Below, one piece after another: positions 1-13,500 of a stretch of DNA of 64,000 nucleotides. The stretch is taken from NCBI GenBank assembly GCA_035221665.1, contig CM069155.1:13578001-13642000 (forward strand), written 5' to 3'. Made by a program: the position numbers and the translations under genes. The stretch comes from Okamejei kenojei (taxonomy: Eukaryota). The notes under the pieces are model-generated. The model saw only the letters and a program-made list of their open reading frames with translations, was not told the DNA's origin and did not search any database. Position 1 is the first letter of the stretch; each line of letters begins with the position of its first letter.

Positions 1-1328
1 TGCCAAGCAGAGTAACTGAATTAAAGTTCAAGAGATAGAAGGTCAAATTCTTCGTGGTTTTTTTTCAGCACACGTTTCAAGTTGGTTTTGCCCAAAGGCA
101 TCAGAACCTCCCCTCCGAACGCATATAGAGTGGATATGTCCTTGATCAGTGGCTCGTTAGTTCTTATCTTGTTGAAGAGGTTGATTGACATAGTGTTTAC
201 TTTCGCCCCTGTGTCTAATTTTGCGCCAAAATGGACGTTGTTTACAGTTACTGTCACGGTCGGATCATAATTCTTAGCAGCAACAAGCTGTAATGAGTAA
301 ACAGTTGGGTCCTCTTGTGAGTTAATTGGAGTTTGTTCGTGGGCAGGTTTGAGCTGGAATTAGGGAGTGAGATTGTTGATGTCTCGTAACAAGAAGTTGA
401 GATTAGACCTGGAGCTAGGCGAATTCTTCCCACGGGCTCGACTTGCTGCCCGACATGCAGAGGCAGTGATTTAACTTTTTACAGTAATTGCATGATTTAC
501 CAAAAGCGGGGCAAGCTGATTTGCTGTGTGAGTAGTTGCAATTTGGGTATTTCTTCTGAGGATCGCCAAGAGCCGCCTGACTAGCTTGGGTCATAAATCG
601 CCTGTTATCTGTGTTGGTTCGCTGCCTAGTGCGGCCCGTCAGATTGATGGTTTTGGTTTCATGCAAACTGTCTATAGGGTCGAAAAATTCCACTGTCCTG
701 CATGCGTGTGCTGCTTCCTCCAGGGTCAAATCTGGCCGTCTCAGAAGTTCTGATCTGAGCTTTAGGTCAGTAATGCCATTCACTAAAATGTCCCTTGTTA
801 ACTGATCAGTCAACTGATCGACCGGCATATTTTGGAATCGGCTGCGCTGGGCTAAATACATTAAGTCTGAGATAAACGAGTCTACTCATTCACCAGGGAG
901 TTTACGGCAAGAGAGAAACCTAGCCTTGTCCAAAATGTGATTTGAGGGCAGGTCACAGATCTGGCTAAATTTATGCATCAGAACATTGGGGTCATCAGGA
1001 GATTCAGCTGGGGTTATTACCTGGTCGTTGGCATCGAAGACTGCCGGAGCATAGCAGAATATTCTGGATTGCCGAAAGGCATCTGGGCCCGCAAAGTTGA
1101 GTAGGAGAGAGGCCTTGACAGTATCAGGTTCATTTCGATGTGCAATGTTCATGTAGTGTCGGTAATCAATTTCAAACGTGGCCCAGCGTTCGCTGATATT
1201 CGCATCAAAGACAAGAGGGTCAGGCTTTCGACAGGAAGAGGCCATCATAAAGCAAAATAAAAACTCACAAAAGGGTAAAACAAAAAACCGTTATACAGAA
1301 GGAGTGGATCCATTCGCTTCTGACGCCA
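1..1328 (-). mobile_element. Gypsy-type LTR retrotransposon: PBS, gag and protease remnants
   Basis: PBS-like TGGCGTCAGAAG at 1328-1317; gag ORFs 886-1248 and 415-861 with zinc-knuckle-like CNYCKKLNH; aspartic protease LDTGA in ORF 21-257. Confidence 0.88.
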
Positions 1329-2540
1329 ACCTCCACCAGCTCTGCCCTGGACGCCGCTGGCAGCAGACATTTTCGAATGGTGCGGGAAGCACTACCTCGT
1401 TCTAGTCGACTCCTTTTCTAATTGGTTTGAACTAGACCAACTGACCTCCCTCACATCTCGAGATAGTCATCCAGAAGCTGAAAAGACACTTCTCTACCTT
1501 TGGCGCTCCTGTCAGCCTGAGAACCGACAACGGTCGGCAATTCACTAGCCACATGTTCAAGCTTTTCGCAGACCGCAGCACGTCACGAGCAGTCCCAAGT
1601 ATCCACAGAGTAATGGACTCGCTGAACGCACTGTCAGAAGCGCCAAATGCTTACTAGAGCGAGCACAGATTTCAAAGTCAGACGTTTATTTCGATCTCCT
1701 GAATCTCAGAAATGTTGCCTGGGACGGAACCCTGGGATCGCCAGCACAGCGACTGATGTCGAGATTGACGAGGCCTCCGGTACCCATCGCACAACAGCAA
1801 CTGGTTCCTCACCACTGGCTGAAACCCACCACTATCCAGAAACGTCTACAAGAGAAGCACAATATCCAGAAACGGTCATACGACAGTTCCAGCAGACCAC
1901 TCGGGCCTCTACATCCGGGTCAGGTCGTCCACCTACGAACTTCAACTGGACATTCCCGTCTGGGCACTGTTATCAACCCGACTGACGAGCCATGGTCATA
2001 TCTGGTTGACTGAGGGAGCGGTATACCGGAGAAGTCGGCAACACCTGCCTGCTGTGAGGGAGCCTCGACCACCTCCTGCTGGTCCCTATGCTCCACCGCT
2101 CCAGTTCCAGCCGCCTTTTGCAATGTCTCCCACCCGTCCCCCGCATGCCTTGCACCTTTCCGCGTCCTGCGGTCTCCACTAACCACAGGGCCTCACCCAC
2201 GGCATGTTTCCCCTTTCGGTCACCACAAGCCTCCACCACGTCATTCTAGCCACCAGGCTCTCCGACTGATCTTTCAGGTGAGGGATGGGGGGGGAGGATT
2301 TGGTCCGCACACGATTGGGCCGTGTTAGTAGACCACCAGGCAGATATGGCGAGTATGTTTAACCCCATGGCATGACTGCCCTTTCACACTTAACCTTTGG
2401 GGGGAGAAGGATGTAGATTGATGTTGCAGTTTAACCAATCACACACCAGCCAGCATCTCTAACTCCACCCCACTGTAATACTTATGCTAATACCATTTCC
2501 CAGCACCAACAGTTAGAGCAGCCAGGATGTGTTGACAACT
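1329..2540 (+). mobile_element. Gypsy-type integrase 3' part, polypurine tract and start of 3' LTR
   Basis: Frameshifted integrase core PWTPLAADIFEWCGKHYLVLVDSFS...LRTDNGRQF...SSPKYPQSNGLAERTV; PPT GGGGGGAGAAGGA at 2399-2411 followed by TG at 2412; LTR end approximate. Confidence 0.82.
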
Positions 2541-3264
2541 AATCATCCTTCATGCTGCTAAGCTTGAGTGTTGATTAAAGATGTGTTTGAATCATGTACT
2601 GTCTGGAAGTCATTTACACACAGGTTCACCGCTTTAAAGAAATTCCCCCTCAATTCCATTTTAAAGGTATGTAATTTTATTCTGATTCTGTGCTCTCCGG
2701 TCCTAGACTCTCTTATTCCTGGAAACATCTTTTCCACATCTGCTCTAGCTAGACCTTTCATTATCTGGTAGGTTTCAATAAGATTCATCCCCCTTCTCCC
2801 TCCACCCCTTTCCTCCCCCCCCCCCCCCCCCCCCCCGCTGTTTCAAGAGCAGAATTCTTCAGATATCTTGGCCGTTATTCCTTCAACAAAGCCCCAAGAA
2901 AAATTACAGAGATATTTCTCAACAGCTTGACCTTTTCCCTGTGAGATTTCAGTGTAACATTATTGTACAATTTTATTTTTCAATGTGTTTCACAAACTGA
3001 AATACTACATGGCCACATTGCTGGAGAAAGATGGCTGAAGTTGTCCAAAATCACCTTCAGTGTTGTGGTTGCCCATGAGGAGTTGAAACAGATTTGCTTT
3101 GAAGATCTATACAGTGTGGGGAGAAGTTGTTGTTTTGCTTGATGCTAGGGTGATGGTACAACCAGTTACTTGCAAAAGCAGAGGAGAAATAAACGACCTG
3201 CCAGGCTTCAAACTGCTGAAGTGTTCAGGCAGGTTGGTAAAGAGTCAACTTGGCAAAATAGGAC

Positions 3265-3630
3265 TAGACAATAGGTGCAGGAGTAGGCCATTCGGCCCTT
3301 CGAGCCAGCACCGCCATTCAATGTGATCATGGCTGATCATCCCCAATCAGTACCCCATTCCTGCCTTCTCCCCATATCCCGACTCTGCTATCTTTAAGAG
3401 CCCTATCTAGCTCTCTTGAAAGTATCCAGAGAACCGCCCTCTGAGGCAGAGAATTCCACAGACTCACCACTCTCTGTGAAAAAAAGTGTTTGCTCATCTG
3501 TTCGAAATGACTTACCTCTTATTCTTAAACTGTGGCCCCTGGTTCTGGACACCTCCCCACATCGGGGACATGTTTCCTGTCTCTAGCAAGTCCAAACCCT
3601 TAACAATCTTATATATTTCAATAAGATATA
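3265..3630 (-). mobile_element. CR1-type LINE 3' end fragment
   Basis: IEIYKIVKGLDLLETGNMSP C-terminal ORF2 motif plus typical 3' UTR. Confidence 0.8.
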
Positions 3631-4487
3631 CGATACCTAAAACCCAGATTGTGGCAAATGGCAGATCATAGAGCATTTTTATTTTGCTCCCCACTTGAGG
3701 ATAGCCCATATACAGTTCAGGATCTTGTCACAAGTTGTTTTTTTTTGTCAACGGAGTGAACTGTGAATTTGGATGGACAGAAGATTGTCTGCTCAGTAAA
3801 TATACCACATAGTAAATGAATGGATACTGGGCAAATGATTGAACTAAAAGCAGAAAATGTGAGAAACTAGTGCCTGTGATAAGAGTTGACATTTTGGCAC
3901 AATGATTGATTGTGATTGAGCTGCAATGAAGTTTCATTGCAGATCTCAATCTTTTGCCAGGGATAGGAAATCTTGTTTTCTTTCAAACTGATGATCAAGT
4001 AAGTTTTCCGAAGCTGTAAATTAGTTGAAAAATTGTTCTGAAATAAGTCTCTCTCTTTGCAGAAACTCTGGAAACACATCAAACATAATTATGAAATCAA
4101 AGAGGATGAATAAGATTCCATGGTGCATCCTTGGATGTTGCTTCCGTTGAACAGCCCTGCATTGACATCTTTTCCACTTGGACTATTAATTTCATCGGGT
4201 GATCTCTGCATAACCTCTTCAAGAGTGGAATGTTATTGTAATTAAATTAATTTTTTGCTAAGATTACTATGACAGATAACAAATAAATTCTATAACAATT
4301 TATTTTTTGATTATTTCTGCTTATTTAGACTCTTCAATTGAGATACTGTAACCTGCGATGGGGCGGTGTATGGGATTGAATAAATAATGATACTAGGCAA
4401 AATAAAGTGCTTCTATGGTTTGAGTATGGGGGGGTGGGAGGGGGGGGGGGGGGGTGATACAGTTCCTGTTGGCTGATCCTCATTTAG

Positions 4488-6775
4488 GAACATAGAAATT
4501 AAGTGCAGGAGGAGGCCATTCATTGTGATCATGGCTGATCGTCCGCTATCAATAACCCGTGCCCGCCTTCTCCCCATATCCCTTGACTCCTCTAGCCCCT
4601 GGAGCTCTATCCAACTCTCTTAAATGCATCCAGTGATTTGGCCTCCACTGCCCTCTGTGGCAGGGAATTCCATAAATTCACAACTCTCTGGGTAAAAATG
4701 TTTTTTCTCACCTGTCTTAAATGACCTCCCCTTTATTCTAACACTGTGGTCCCTGGTTCTGGACTCAACCAACATTTGGAACATTTTTGCTGCATCTAGC
4801 TTGTCCAGACCTTTTATAATTTTATATGTTTCTATAAGATCCCCCTCATCTTTCTAAACTCCAGTGAATACAAGCCTAGTCTTTTCAATCTTTCCTCATA
4901 TGACAGTCCCGCCATCCCAGGGATCAATCTCGTGAACCTACACTGCACTGCCTCAATCACAAGGATGTCCTTCCTCAAATTAGGAGACCAAAACTGTACA
5001 CAATACTCCAGATGTGGTCTCACCAGAGCCCTATACAACTGCAGAAGAACCTCTTTACTCCTGTACTGAAATCCTCTTGTTATGAAGGCCAACATTCCAT
5101 TAGCTTTCTTCACTGCCTGCTGTACCAGCACGTCAACTTTCAGTGACTGGTGTACAAGGACACCCAGGTCTTGCTGTACCTCCCCCTTACCTAACCTAAC
5201 CTCATTGAGATAATTATCTGCCCCCTTGTTTTTGCCACCAAAGTGGATAATGTCATATTTATCTATATTATACTGCATCTGCCCACTCACTCAACCTGTC
5301 CAGGTCCCCCTGCAACCTCCTAACATCCTCTTCACAGTTCACACTGCCACCCAGCTTTGTGTCATCTGCAAACTTGCTAGTGTTGCTCCTAATTCCCTCT
5401 TCCAAATCATTAATTATTTTTTTATATATATATATAAAATCATTAATATAGTAAACAGTTGCGGCCCCAACACTCCACTCGCCACTGCCTGCCATTCTGA
5501 AAAGGACCCGTTCACTCCTACTCTTTGCTTCTGGTCTGCCAACCAATTTTCTATCCATGTCAACAGCCTACCCCTAATACCATGTGCTCTAATTTTAGTC
5601 ACCAGCTTCCTGTGTGGGACCTTATCAAAGGCTTTCTGAAAGTCTAGATACACTAAATCCACTGGCACCCCTTCATCCATTTTACTTGTCACATCCCCAA
5701 AAAATTCCAGATTAGTCAAGCATAATTTCCCTTTCATAAATCCATGTTGACTTGGACTAATCCTTTTACTGCTATCCAAATGCTTCATTATTACCTCTTT
5801 AATAATTTACTCCAGCATCTTTCCCACCACCGAAGTCAGGCTAACTGGTCTGTAATTCCCCGTTTTCTCTCTCGCTCCTTTCTTGAAAAGTGGGATAACA
5901 TTAGCTATCCTCCAATCCACAGGAACTGATCCTGAATCTATTGAACATTGGAAAATGATCACCAATGCGTCCACTATTTCTAGAGCCACCTCCCTGAGGA
6001 CCCTGGGATGCAGACCATCAGGCCCAGGGGATTTATCATCCTTCAGTTCCATTAGCCTACCCAATACTGTTTCTCGCCTAATGAAATTTTCTTTCAGTTC
6101 CTCTACCCCCTTAGATCTTCTGTCCTCCAGTACATCTGGGAGATTGTTTGTGTCCTCCTTAGTGAAGACAGATCCAAAGTACCTATTCAACTCTTCTGTC
6201 ATTTCCTTGTTGCCCATAATAATTTCACCCATGTCTGCCTTCAAGGGACCCACATTTGACTTTGCTACTCTTTTTCCCTTAACATATCTAAAGAAGCTTT
6301 TACTGTCCTTCTTTATATTCCTGGCCAGCTTCCCCTCGTACTTCATCTTTTCAGCCCGTATTGCCCATTTTGTTTCCTTCTGTTGTCCCAATCCTCTGGC
6401 TTCCGGCTACTCTTTACTGTGTTATACATCTTTTCCTTTAGTTTTATACTATCCCTAACTTCTCTTGTCAGCCACGGTTGCCTCCTACTCCCCTTAGAAT
6501 CTTTCTTCCTTTTTGGATTGAAATGATCCTGCATCTTCCGGATTATGCCCAGAAATTCCTGCCATTGCTGTTCCACCATCATTCCTGCTAGGATCCCTTT
6601 CCAGTTTACTTTGGCCAGCTTCCCTCTCATGCCTTCATAGTCCCCTGTGTTCGACTGCATCACTGCCACTTCCGATTTAACGTTCTCCTTCTCAAATTGC
6701 AGATTAAAACTAATCATATTATGTTCACTACCTCCAAGCGGTTCCTTTACCTCGAGTTCTCTTATCATATCTAGT
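4488..6775 (-). mobile_element. CR1-type LINE, 5'-truncated ORF2 (reverse transcriptase)
   Basis: KSPGPDGLHPRVL, NYRPVSLTSVVGKMLE, QHGFMKG, YLDFQKAFDKVPH, KFADDTKL, LVRPHLEYCVQFW; frameshifted. Confidence 0.95.
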
Positions 6776-7244
6776 TCATATTTGTTTGCAGAACAATTCT
6801 TCCACTCTTAAGCTGTAGTGCAGATATTTGCCATTGGCAGCAGTTGTAAGCAAGATAGGAAAAAAAATCTCTGCATAAGTTTTGAATTGATAGGGCTGTT
6901 ATTGCCCCATGGAGAACTGAGGTGATGTTTCCGAGCTTGTGTTGGAACAGGAGGAAGACCAAGTTGAGGGGTGAATTCATAACAGGATATTGCATGCTAA
7001 ACAGTGGTAACAGTATGTTATGCAAAGCCAAGTTATTTCACAATCCATGGTTTAAATTGGTGTGATCCTGCCACATCCAGTTGTAGGTGAAAATGGACAG
7101 TTAAAAAGCTAATGGTTTATGGCATCTCCATTCTCAACATGCCAAAAATAATGCTGAAGCAAATACAGTCAGCTGTGATGACATGTTCTGAGTATGAATC
7201 TTCTTAGGTCTTTAACATTGCAGGAGATGGACAACATCCATCTC

Positions 7245-7910
7245 CGGAAGTTGCGGGGCTGCCCAAGCAGCTGCGGCTCGCCTGCAGTCCGTCTGTCTTT
7301 TCAGTTTTTGTTTGGTTTCTTTTGTCTTGTTGGACCTATGTTTTAATTGTGTATGTGTGGGGGAAACTTGGTTTAGTCTCTTCTTTCGAGGGGATGCAAC
7401 CTTTTCTTTGCCGTATCTCCGTCTCCGTCTGTGCTGAGGCCTAATCGCGGAGCTGGCCAACTTCGAGGCTGTGGTGGCGCCCCGACTTCGGAGCCTCGGA
7501 GGCTTCGGCCCAGTGGATAACAATGGGAGCTCGCAGGTCCCAGGTTCTCCGGAGCTCCCGCAACAACGGCTTCATCTGCTGGACTGTAGGGTGGCAGGCA
7601 GCTTTGTCCGCCCCGGGACGCGGAGTTTGAACTGACCCACTCGCGGAGCTCGGATTCGGCCGCGGGACTTACCATCACCCGGCGGGGGGCCCAACATCGA
7701 AAGCCTGGATCGCCTTAATGCAGAGGGAGAACAAGGAAGGAAGAGACAAACTTCAAAACTTTTGCCTTCCATCACAGTGAGGAGGTGTCTGGTAGACTCA
7801 CTGGTGGATGTTAAACTGCGTTCATTGTGTGTTCTGTTATTTTATTCTCTGTCATGACTGCAAGGTACGCAATTTCGTTCAAACTAAAAGTTTGAATGAC
7901 AATAATAAAT
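7245..7910 (+). repeat. Unclassified GC-rich interspersed repeat, probably a non-autonomous retroposon
   Basis: GC-rich body within AT-rich flanks; ends in an aatgacaataataaa tail; no credible ORF. Confidence 0.45.
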
Positions 7911-9123
7911 ACTTTATGATTAAGAAAATACTGGTGAATTGTATACGTGCAGCAAAAGCCATGGTACTCAAGATGTGTGCCAGAGCTTGTGCGGTTTCAG
8001 TAAAGGTACAATGTTGGTGTCTATTCAACAATGTGGAAAGTCGCCCAGTTCCATGTCTGCCAATAATCCAAATCACCCTATCAATCATCTGTTATTACAG
8101 TAATTGAAGGTGTGGCAGGCAATGCTATCAAATGGCACTCAATACTAATGTTCAGATGCAAAAGCAGTTGCACCTCAAAGAATATCAAAATGTGTGTGGC
8201 ATTAATTTGCTGCCTTAAAATAGAATGTACTGGCTGGAGTGTACTTAGGAAGATGATATCACCTGAACCCAAAATCTGCTGCCTCAGACACAAAGTAGTG
8301 CAAGTGATTATCACCTACAAGTACCCTTCCCAAAAATCTGTCCTAGCCTGGGAATACGTTGCTGTTTTTTCCATCATTACTTGGTCTAAATATTGGAATT
8401 CCCAATTCAATACCACTTCACAACACAGTTTGTTCAGGTTCAGGGTAGATGTTTACCAACTTCTTCGAAATGGGCAATTAGAAAGGGACAATCCTATGAA
8501 TTAATAAACAAACAGATTAGGGACACTGTGAAATCGCTCATTTATTCAACTTATTAGTAGTGCACTGTTGATTTCATCCCCAATACAAATGGAAATTTAT
8601 GACACAGGAAGCCATGTGGCCAGATATCTGACAATCTAATAATTCTAATATATTGACATTGCTGCAGTATTAATTTGATTTCAGGACGGACAATGAGAGC
8701 GAAGACCAACATTTGTAACAAGATGAACATGAAAAGATGACGACTTATTTTCTCTCCAGATCTTTGTTAGAATGCCATTAATTTTCCTCTATGCAAATGT
8801 ATTTAATCTGTATCCATCCATCCATCGCCACTACTCATTTATTACTTTAAATGACATTCTTTGCTTACACCAAACTGAGTGCAAGTTTTCTTTTGTGTCA
8901 CCAGAAATTATAGTACTTAAACAACTCTGGCACGTCACCACTATCCTACACCCACTAGGGACAATTTCCAATTATACCAAACCAATTAACCTACAAACCT
9001 GTACATCTTTGGAATGCTTATTTCTTCGTTATAAATGTATCAAATTGGGATCAATACAGCTAGAAATTAAAAAACATTTTAAGCTTAAACATACCTTTAG
9101 AAACAAGATGAGAAGGATTTTCG

Positions 9124-9450
9124 TCTGAAAAAGGGTCTTGACCCGAAACGTTGCCCATTTCCTTCGCTCCATAGATGCTGCCTCACCCGCTGAGCTTCTC
9201 CAGCATTTTTGTCTACCTAGGATCTTCGTTAGTCCGAGGGTAGTGAATCTGGAATTCATTGCCACAGACGGCTGTGGCAGCCAAGTTATTGGCTGTTTTA
9301 AAGCAGAGATTGACAGGTTCTTGATTAGTATGGGTGACAAAGGTTAGTGGGAGAAGGCAGGAGAATGGGATTGAGTGGGAAAGATAGATCAGCCACGATT
9401 CAATGGCGGAGTAGACTCAATGGGCCGAATAGCCTAATTCTGCTCATTAC
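9124..9450 (+). mobile_element. Penelope-derived terminal repeat (9124-9218) followed by a CR1 3' end
   Basis: CTGAAAAAGGGTCTTGACCCGAAACGTT motif, then RVVNL...FKAEIDRFL CR1 tail. Confidence 0.75.
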
Positions 9451-10417
9451 TTTTGAAACAATTTTTGTTTTATTGTGTGGAACTGTTCTGCAGAAATGAG
9501 ACCTAATTAATAGCTTTAGTTAGATTACAATGCAATTTGAATTTTCTTGGCATTTGAAGAGGCCAAGGAAGCCATTCAGTTGTCATAGGACTGAGACCAA
9601 TAAAAGTCACCCATGTTGGAAAGTTCACGTCCTCAAATTAAAACAAATACAAATTAATATACTGACTGATGCCTCAGAATTTATTTTGAAATGATTGTAT
9701 TTACGTCACATTAACCTCGATGCAAATATAGTTTGTAATTAAGTGTGGTTTATGTAAATACCAAATCGTGTTAGCACAAGCCATTACAAAGTGCAAATCG
9801 AGCGTTAATCCAGTGCAACGGATAATTGATAATTGATTATCAGTTGCCTAAATAATTATTACTGTATATTGCCTACCATCTCTGCTGAAATTATTCTTCA
9901 TAATGTGGTGACAAATCTATTTCAATCCTACTCTCACATTTCCATTAACATTCTTGCCATGTATTCAATAACTGTACAAATTAACTATGTTGCACATCTT
10001 TACCCTTTATATTCTTCCTGCGGCCAACCCACGTTTCCAAGTCTATAAGTGAGGGTCGAGAAAGATTTCCATTGCCCAGGTACTCTGAACACTAGGTCAA
10101 AACCTAACTCCAACGACAGGTCTTGCGACCAAAATATTAAATGATGCAAGGAAGTCCATCTGAAGAAGGGAATGATGAAAAAAAAAGTTTTTGCCTGAAA
10201 AATATTTAAATAAAGGTTCTACTGACTTCATTGCTGAATTGTAGTATGTTCTAGCAATTGTATTAGAGGCGCAACAGTATGAAAGACACACCATTATGAA
10301 GAACAGGCAGAGTGAACCATGCACTTATAGAGAATAAGTGTCCAATTTACATAGCTCATGATTTGAGTGGAAGTAAAAGATGATGAATTCTTGGGTAATA
10401 GAGCGCGAAAAAAAGTT

Positions 10418-10592
10418 CTAAAAAGAAGTTGGAATCATTCCTTTGTTCCGCTTTCTATCGGCAAGCGATCGTCGATTATGATTAGCTCGAAAGGATTTAT
10501 TAGTCTCTTTTTTTCTTCTTTCTGTTAATGTGTCTTTCGATTGTCCCTGGCCCTTTGCAGTCCCTGCAACAGCAGCGTTGTCACGTTTGATT
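10418..10592 (-). CDS. ASCC2: ASCC2 last coding exon
   Basis: IKRDNAAVAGTAKGQGQSKDTLTERRKKETNKSFRANHNRRSLADRKRNKGMIPTSF*; acceptor ttttgcag. Confidence 0.95.
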
Positions 10593-13500
10593 CTGCAAAA
10601 AGTTAGATTTAAGACACTATCATTATTTACAGTGAACAAATAATCGTTTTGCCTCTTTCAGAAGCCAACCACAAATGGGGAGGGGGGTGTGTGTGGAAAT
10701 CTTAGTAAGGCAGCAGAGGGATGAAGTGAATTACTGGTAAACATAATCAGAACACCACAATGTATGTGTACATGTATGAATTAACCAAAAGACCAGTTCA
10801 AAATCCACTTTCCCCCACAACGAGTACAAGTTATTTGAAAAAACTGCATTAATATAACACCTTAAATATTGAAAGGTATCCAAAGCAATTAATTCCAACT
10901 AAAGGCAAATGTGAACACTGGAGAATTTGAATTATCTAGGTTTAATAAACATGTTCTCAATTCAGAGTTCAGCTGCCATTTTTAAAAAATAATTAAAGAA
11001 TAATTAGAATAATTTTCTATGACAATTGTTCATATTGTTAACCATTCTTCTTTAAATATCTGCAGACTTACTGTTTTTATATTTATAATTAGGTTTATAT
11101 CCTACTTTAATTTTTCAACCCTTAATCTTTGAAATCATTCATTTTCTTATATTCTGTCCAGTTTTCTGATATCCCAGCCATCATTGTGTAATTATATGCA
11201 TTTTCTTTAAGTTTGATTTTACGTGTATTTTAATTAACTAGTTGTTAACTAACCCTATTTCCACAAACCCATGCCAGCCTTGGAATCTCTCTCATCGGAA
11301 TGTATTAATTTTGTTTATTGTATGAGATCTCCTTAAATGTCTGCTTCTGTATACCAAGATACAATAAAGCTTTTCACTGTATCTTGGTATACATGGCAAT
11401 AATAAACCAAAACTTTAGCCGTGCACAGGAAGGAGGTTTGCACCAGGTTCCTGGCACTGCAGCAGTCATTAATGATTCACTACTTCTCATATATAGGAAT
11501 GAATTTACGGGAATGAATACTGAGTACTGAGTTAGGCACCAATTTTAAGTCTATAAATTAGAAAAATAGAAAGACTGACCTCTGCTCAGTCCTCCTACAC
11601 ACACCTACATGATCTCCCGATCGCTAGACACTTTAAATCCCCTTCCCATTCCCATACTGACTTTTCTGCCCTGGGCCTCCTCCACTGTCAGATTGAGGCC
11701 CACGCGAATTAGAGGAAGAGCACTACATATTTTGCTTGGGCAGCTTACAAACCAGCGGTACAAATAAAGAACTTCTCTAACTTCAAGTACCCCTTGTTGG
11801 CTCTCTCTCTCCACCCCCCCATCCTAGTTCACCGACAAATGTGACTGTCCTCCTGATTAAACTTTTATCTTTATGTGCCTCATTGTCACCTTTCTCTCGC
11901 TACCAATGAGCTACTCTACATTTTCTTTGAGCTTTGTCCTCTTTTGATCTCATCCCTCTGTCTCCCTCTGCCCTGACTCTCAGTCTGAAGATGGGTCCCA
12001 ACCCGAAACATCACCCATTCCTTCTATCCAGAGATGCTGCCTGTCCCGCCAAGTTACTCCAGCATTTTGAGTCGATCTTTAGAGATATTCAAAGTTGGAC
12101 TCTGGTTTCTGGGTTTTGGAACCATTCAAAATTCTCTTGCTACACTTGGTTTGTTCCACTCAAATAAAATCAATCACTTTAAAATGGGGCATAATCTTTT
12201 AAATATGTAGGACATTTCACATGAAAATAAAAAGATAAAGTCTTCTGCAAAAGTAAATATTAAACAATAACAAACATTTAAAAAAAAACTAATAAGAGAA
12301 CACGAAAATAAATATATATTTCTGCTGCCATCGCTTCTTACCCTTTTCTGGCACAGAAAGCCGCGCGTCTTGCCTCAGCCCTTTCCCTCAGCAATGCTGG
12401 GTCCTGCACAAATTGATCCCTCTTCAGTCCTTCCTCCTAGAAATGACACCAACCCATTAATCACATTTTCCAGCATTTTCAAGCAGCATTCTTTTTACCT
12501 TCACAGAAACAGATCTTTCCCGACTTGCAGGCAATGTTCATGAAGATCATTCATTTTCAAACAATCTGAACAATGGTGTGAAATGGGAAATTGCTGGATT
12601 CAGCGGGTCAGCTGACGTGCTGGCATGTGGTGTATTTCCAGCATTTTCACCGTAGGTAGCTGCTATTTGTATACATTGTGTATGCAAACAAAGAATCTCA
12701 GTGTGCCTAGTCACATGTGACAATAAACTATTCCTATCCTATTTTCTGCTTTTACTTCAGGTTTCCGCTTTTCTGCAATATTTTGCATTTCAATTCTAAA
12801 TAATGGTTTTATATGGATTAGAATTTTATTAAGAATTAGCTACATGCGATACGTCACTTTGTCTGATATAATCTTTATGCTCAGCACAGTGGATGTTTGT
12901 GATTAAACAATCAAAAAAGTTACAATTTAAACCAGGAAAAATGTGTGTCATTTTATGCTTAGTGTCTTTTCATTTGTACTTTTAATCCACATTAATGAAT
13001 TAAGATATTTCAATAATTAACTACACTTCTGGAAGACCATTAAGGCTTAGAGCACAGAACATGGAATAGTAGAGCACAGGAACAGGCTCATCGGCCCACC
13101 ATGTCTCTGCCAACTCGGATGCCAAAGACAACTAATCCCACCTACCTCTTCATGTGCCTGTCTAAGTACCTCTTAAACATTGCTATTTTATCTGCTTCAA
13201 TCACCTCCCCACTTAGCACATTATAGGCACCTACCACTCTCAGTTTAAAAAAAAATTGCTTTGTAAATCTCCTTTAAACTTTCCCTCTTTCATCTTTAAT
13301 CTTTGCCTTTCTAACATTTGACATTTCCACCTTGGAATTCTACGCTTTCTATGTCCTTCATAATTTTATATATTCTATCAGGTTGTTCTTCAGCCTCTGA
13401 TACTCCAGAGAAAATGATCTAAATTTGGTAACCTCTCATAGCTAATACTTTCTAATCTAGGAAGCATCCTGGTAAACCTCATGCACGCTTTCCCATACCT

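Larger units (their letters stand above)
2837..7963 (-). pseudogene. Possible decayed leucine-rich-repeat protein gene(s), split by retroposon insertions
   Basis: Non-repeat islands translate, with stops and shifts, to a signal-like MAFAARIQFTSIFLIIK, GCCPS/SC...TCHHS and LRR-like NLVFLLFQHKLGNITSVLHGAITAL, LIISLKENKIS and SLQLNHNQ. Confidence 0.3.

Noticed and set aside
5226-6458. Long plus-strand ORFs (5226-5639, 5883-6458; similarly 18772-19227)
   Set aside because: Antisense shadows of CR1 and L1 coding sequence.
9460-10417. ASCC2 polyadenylation site
   Set aside because: Several AATAAA candidates on the minus strand (~9680, ~9468); none can be chosen without transcript data.
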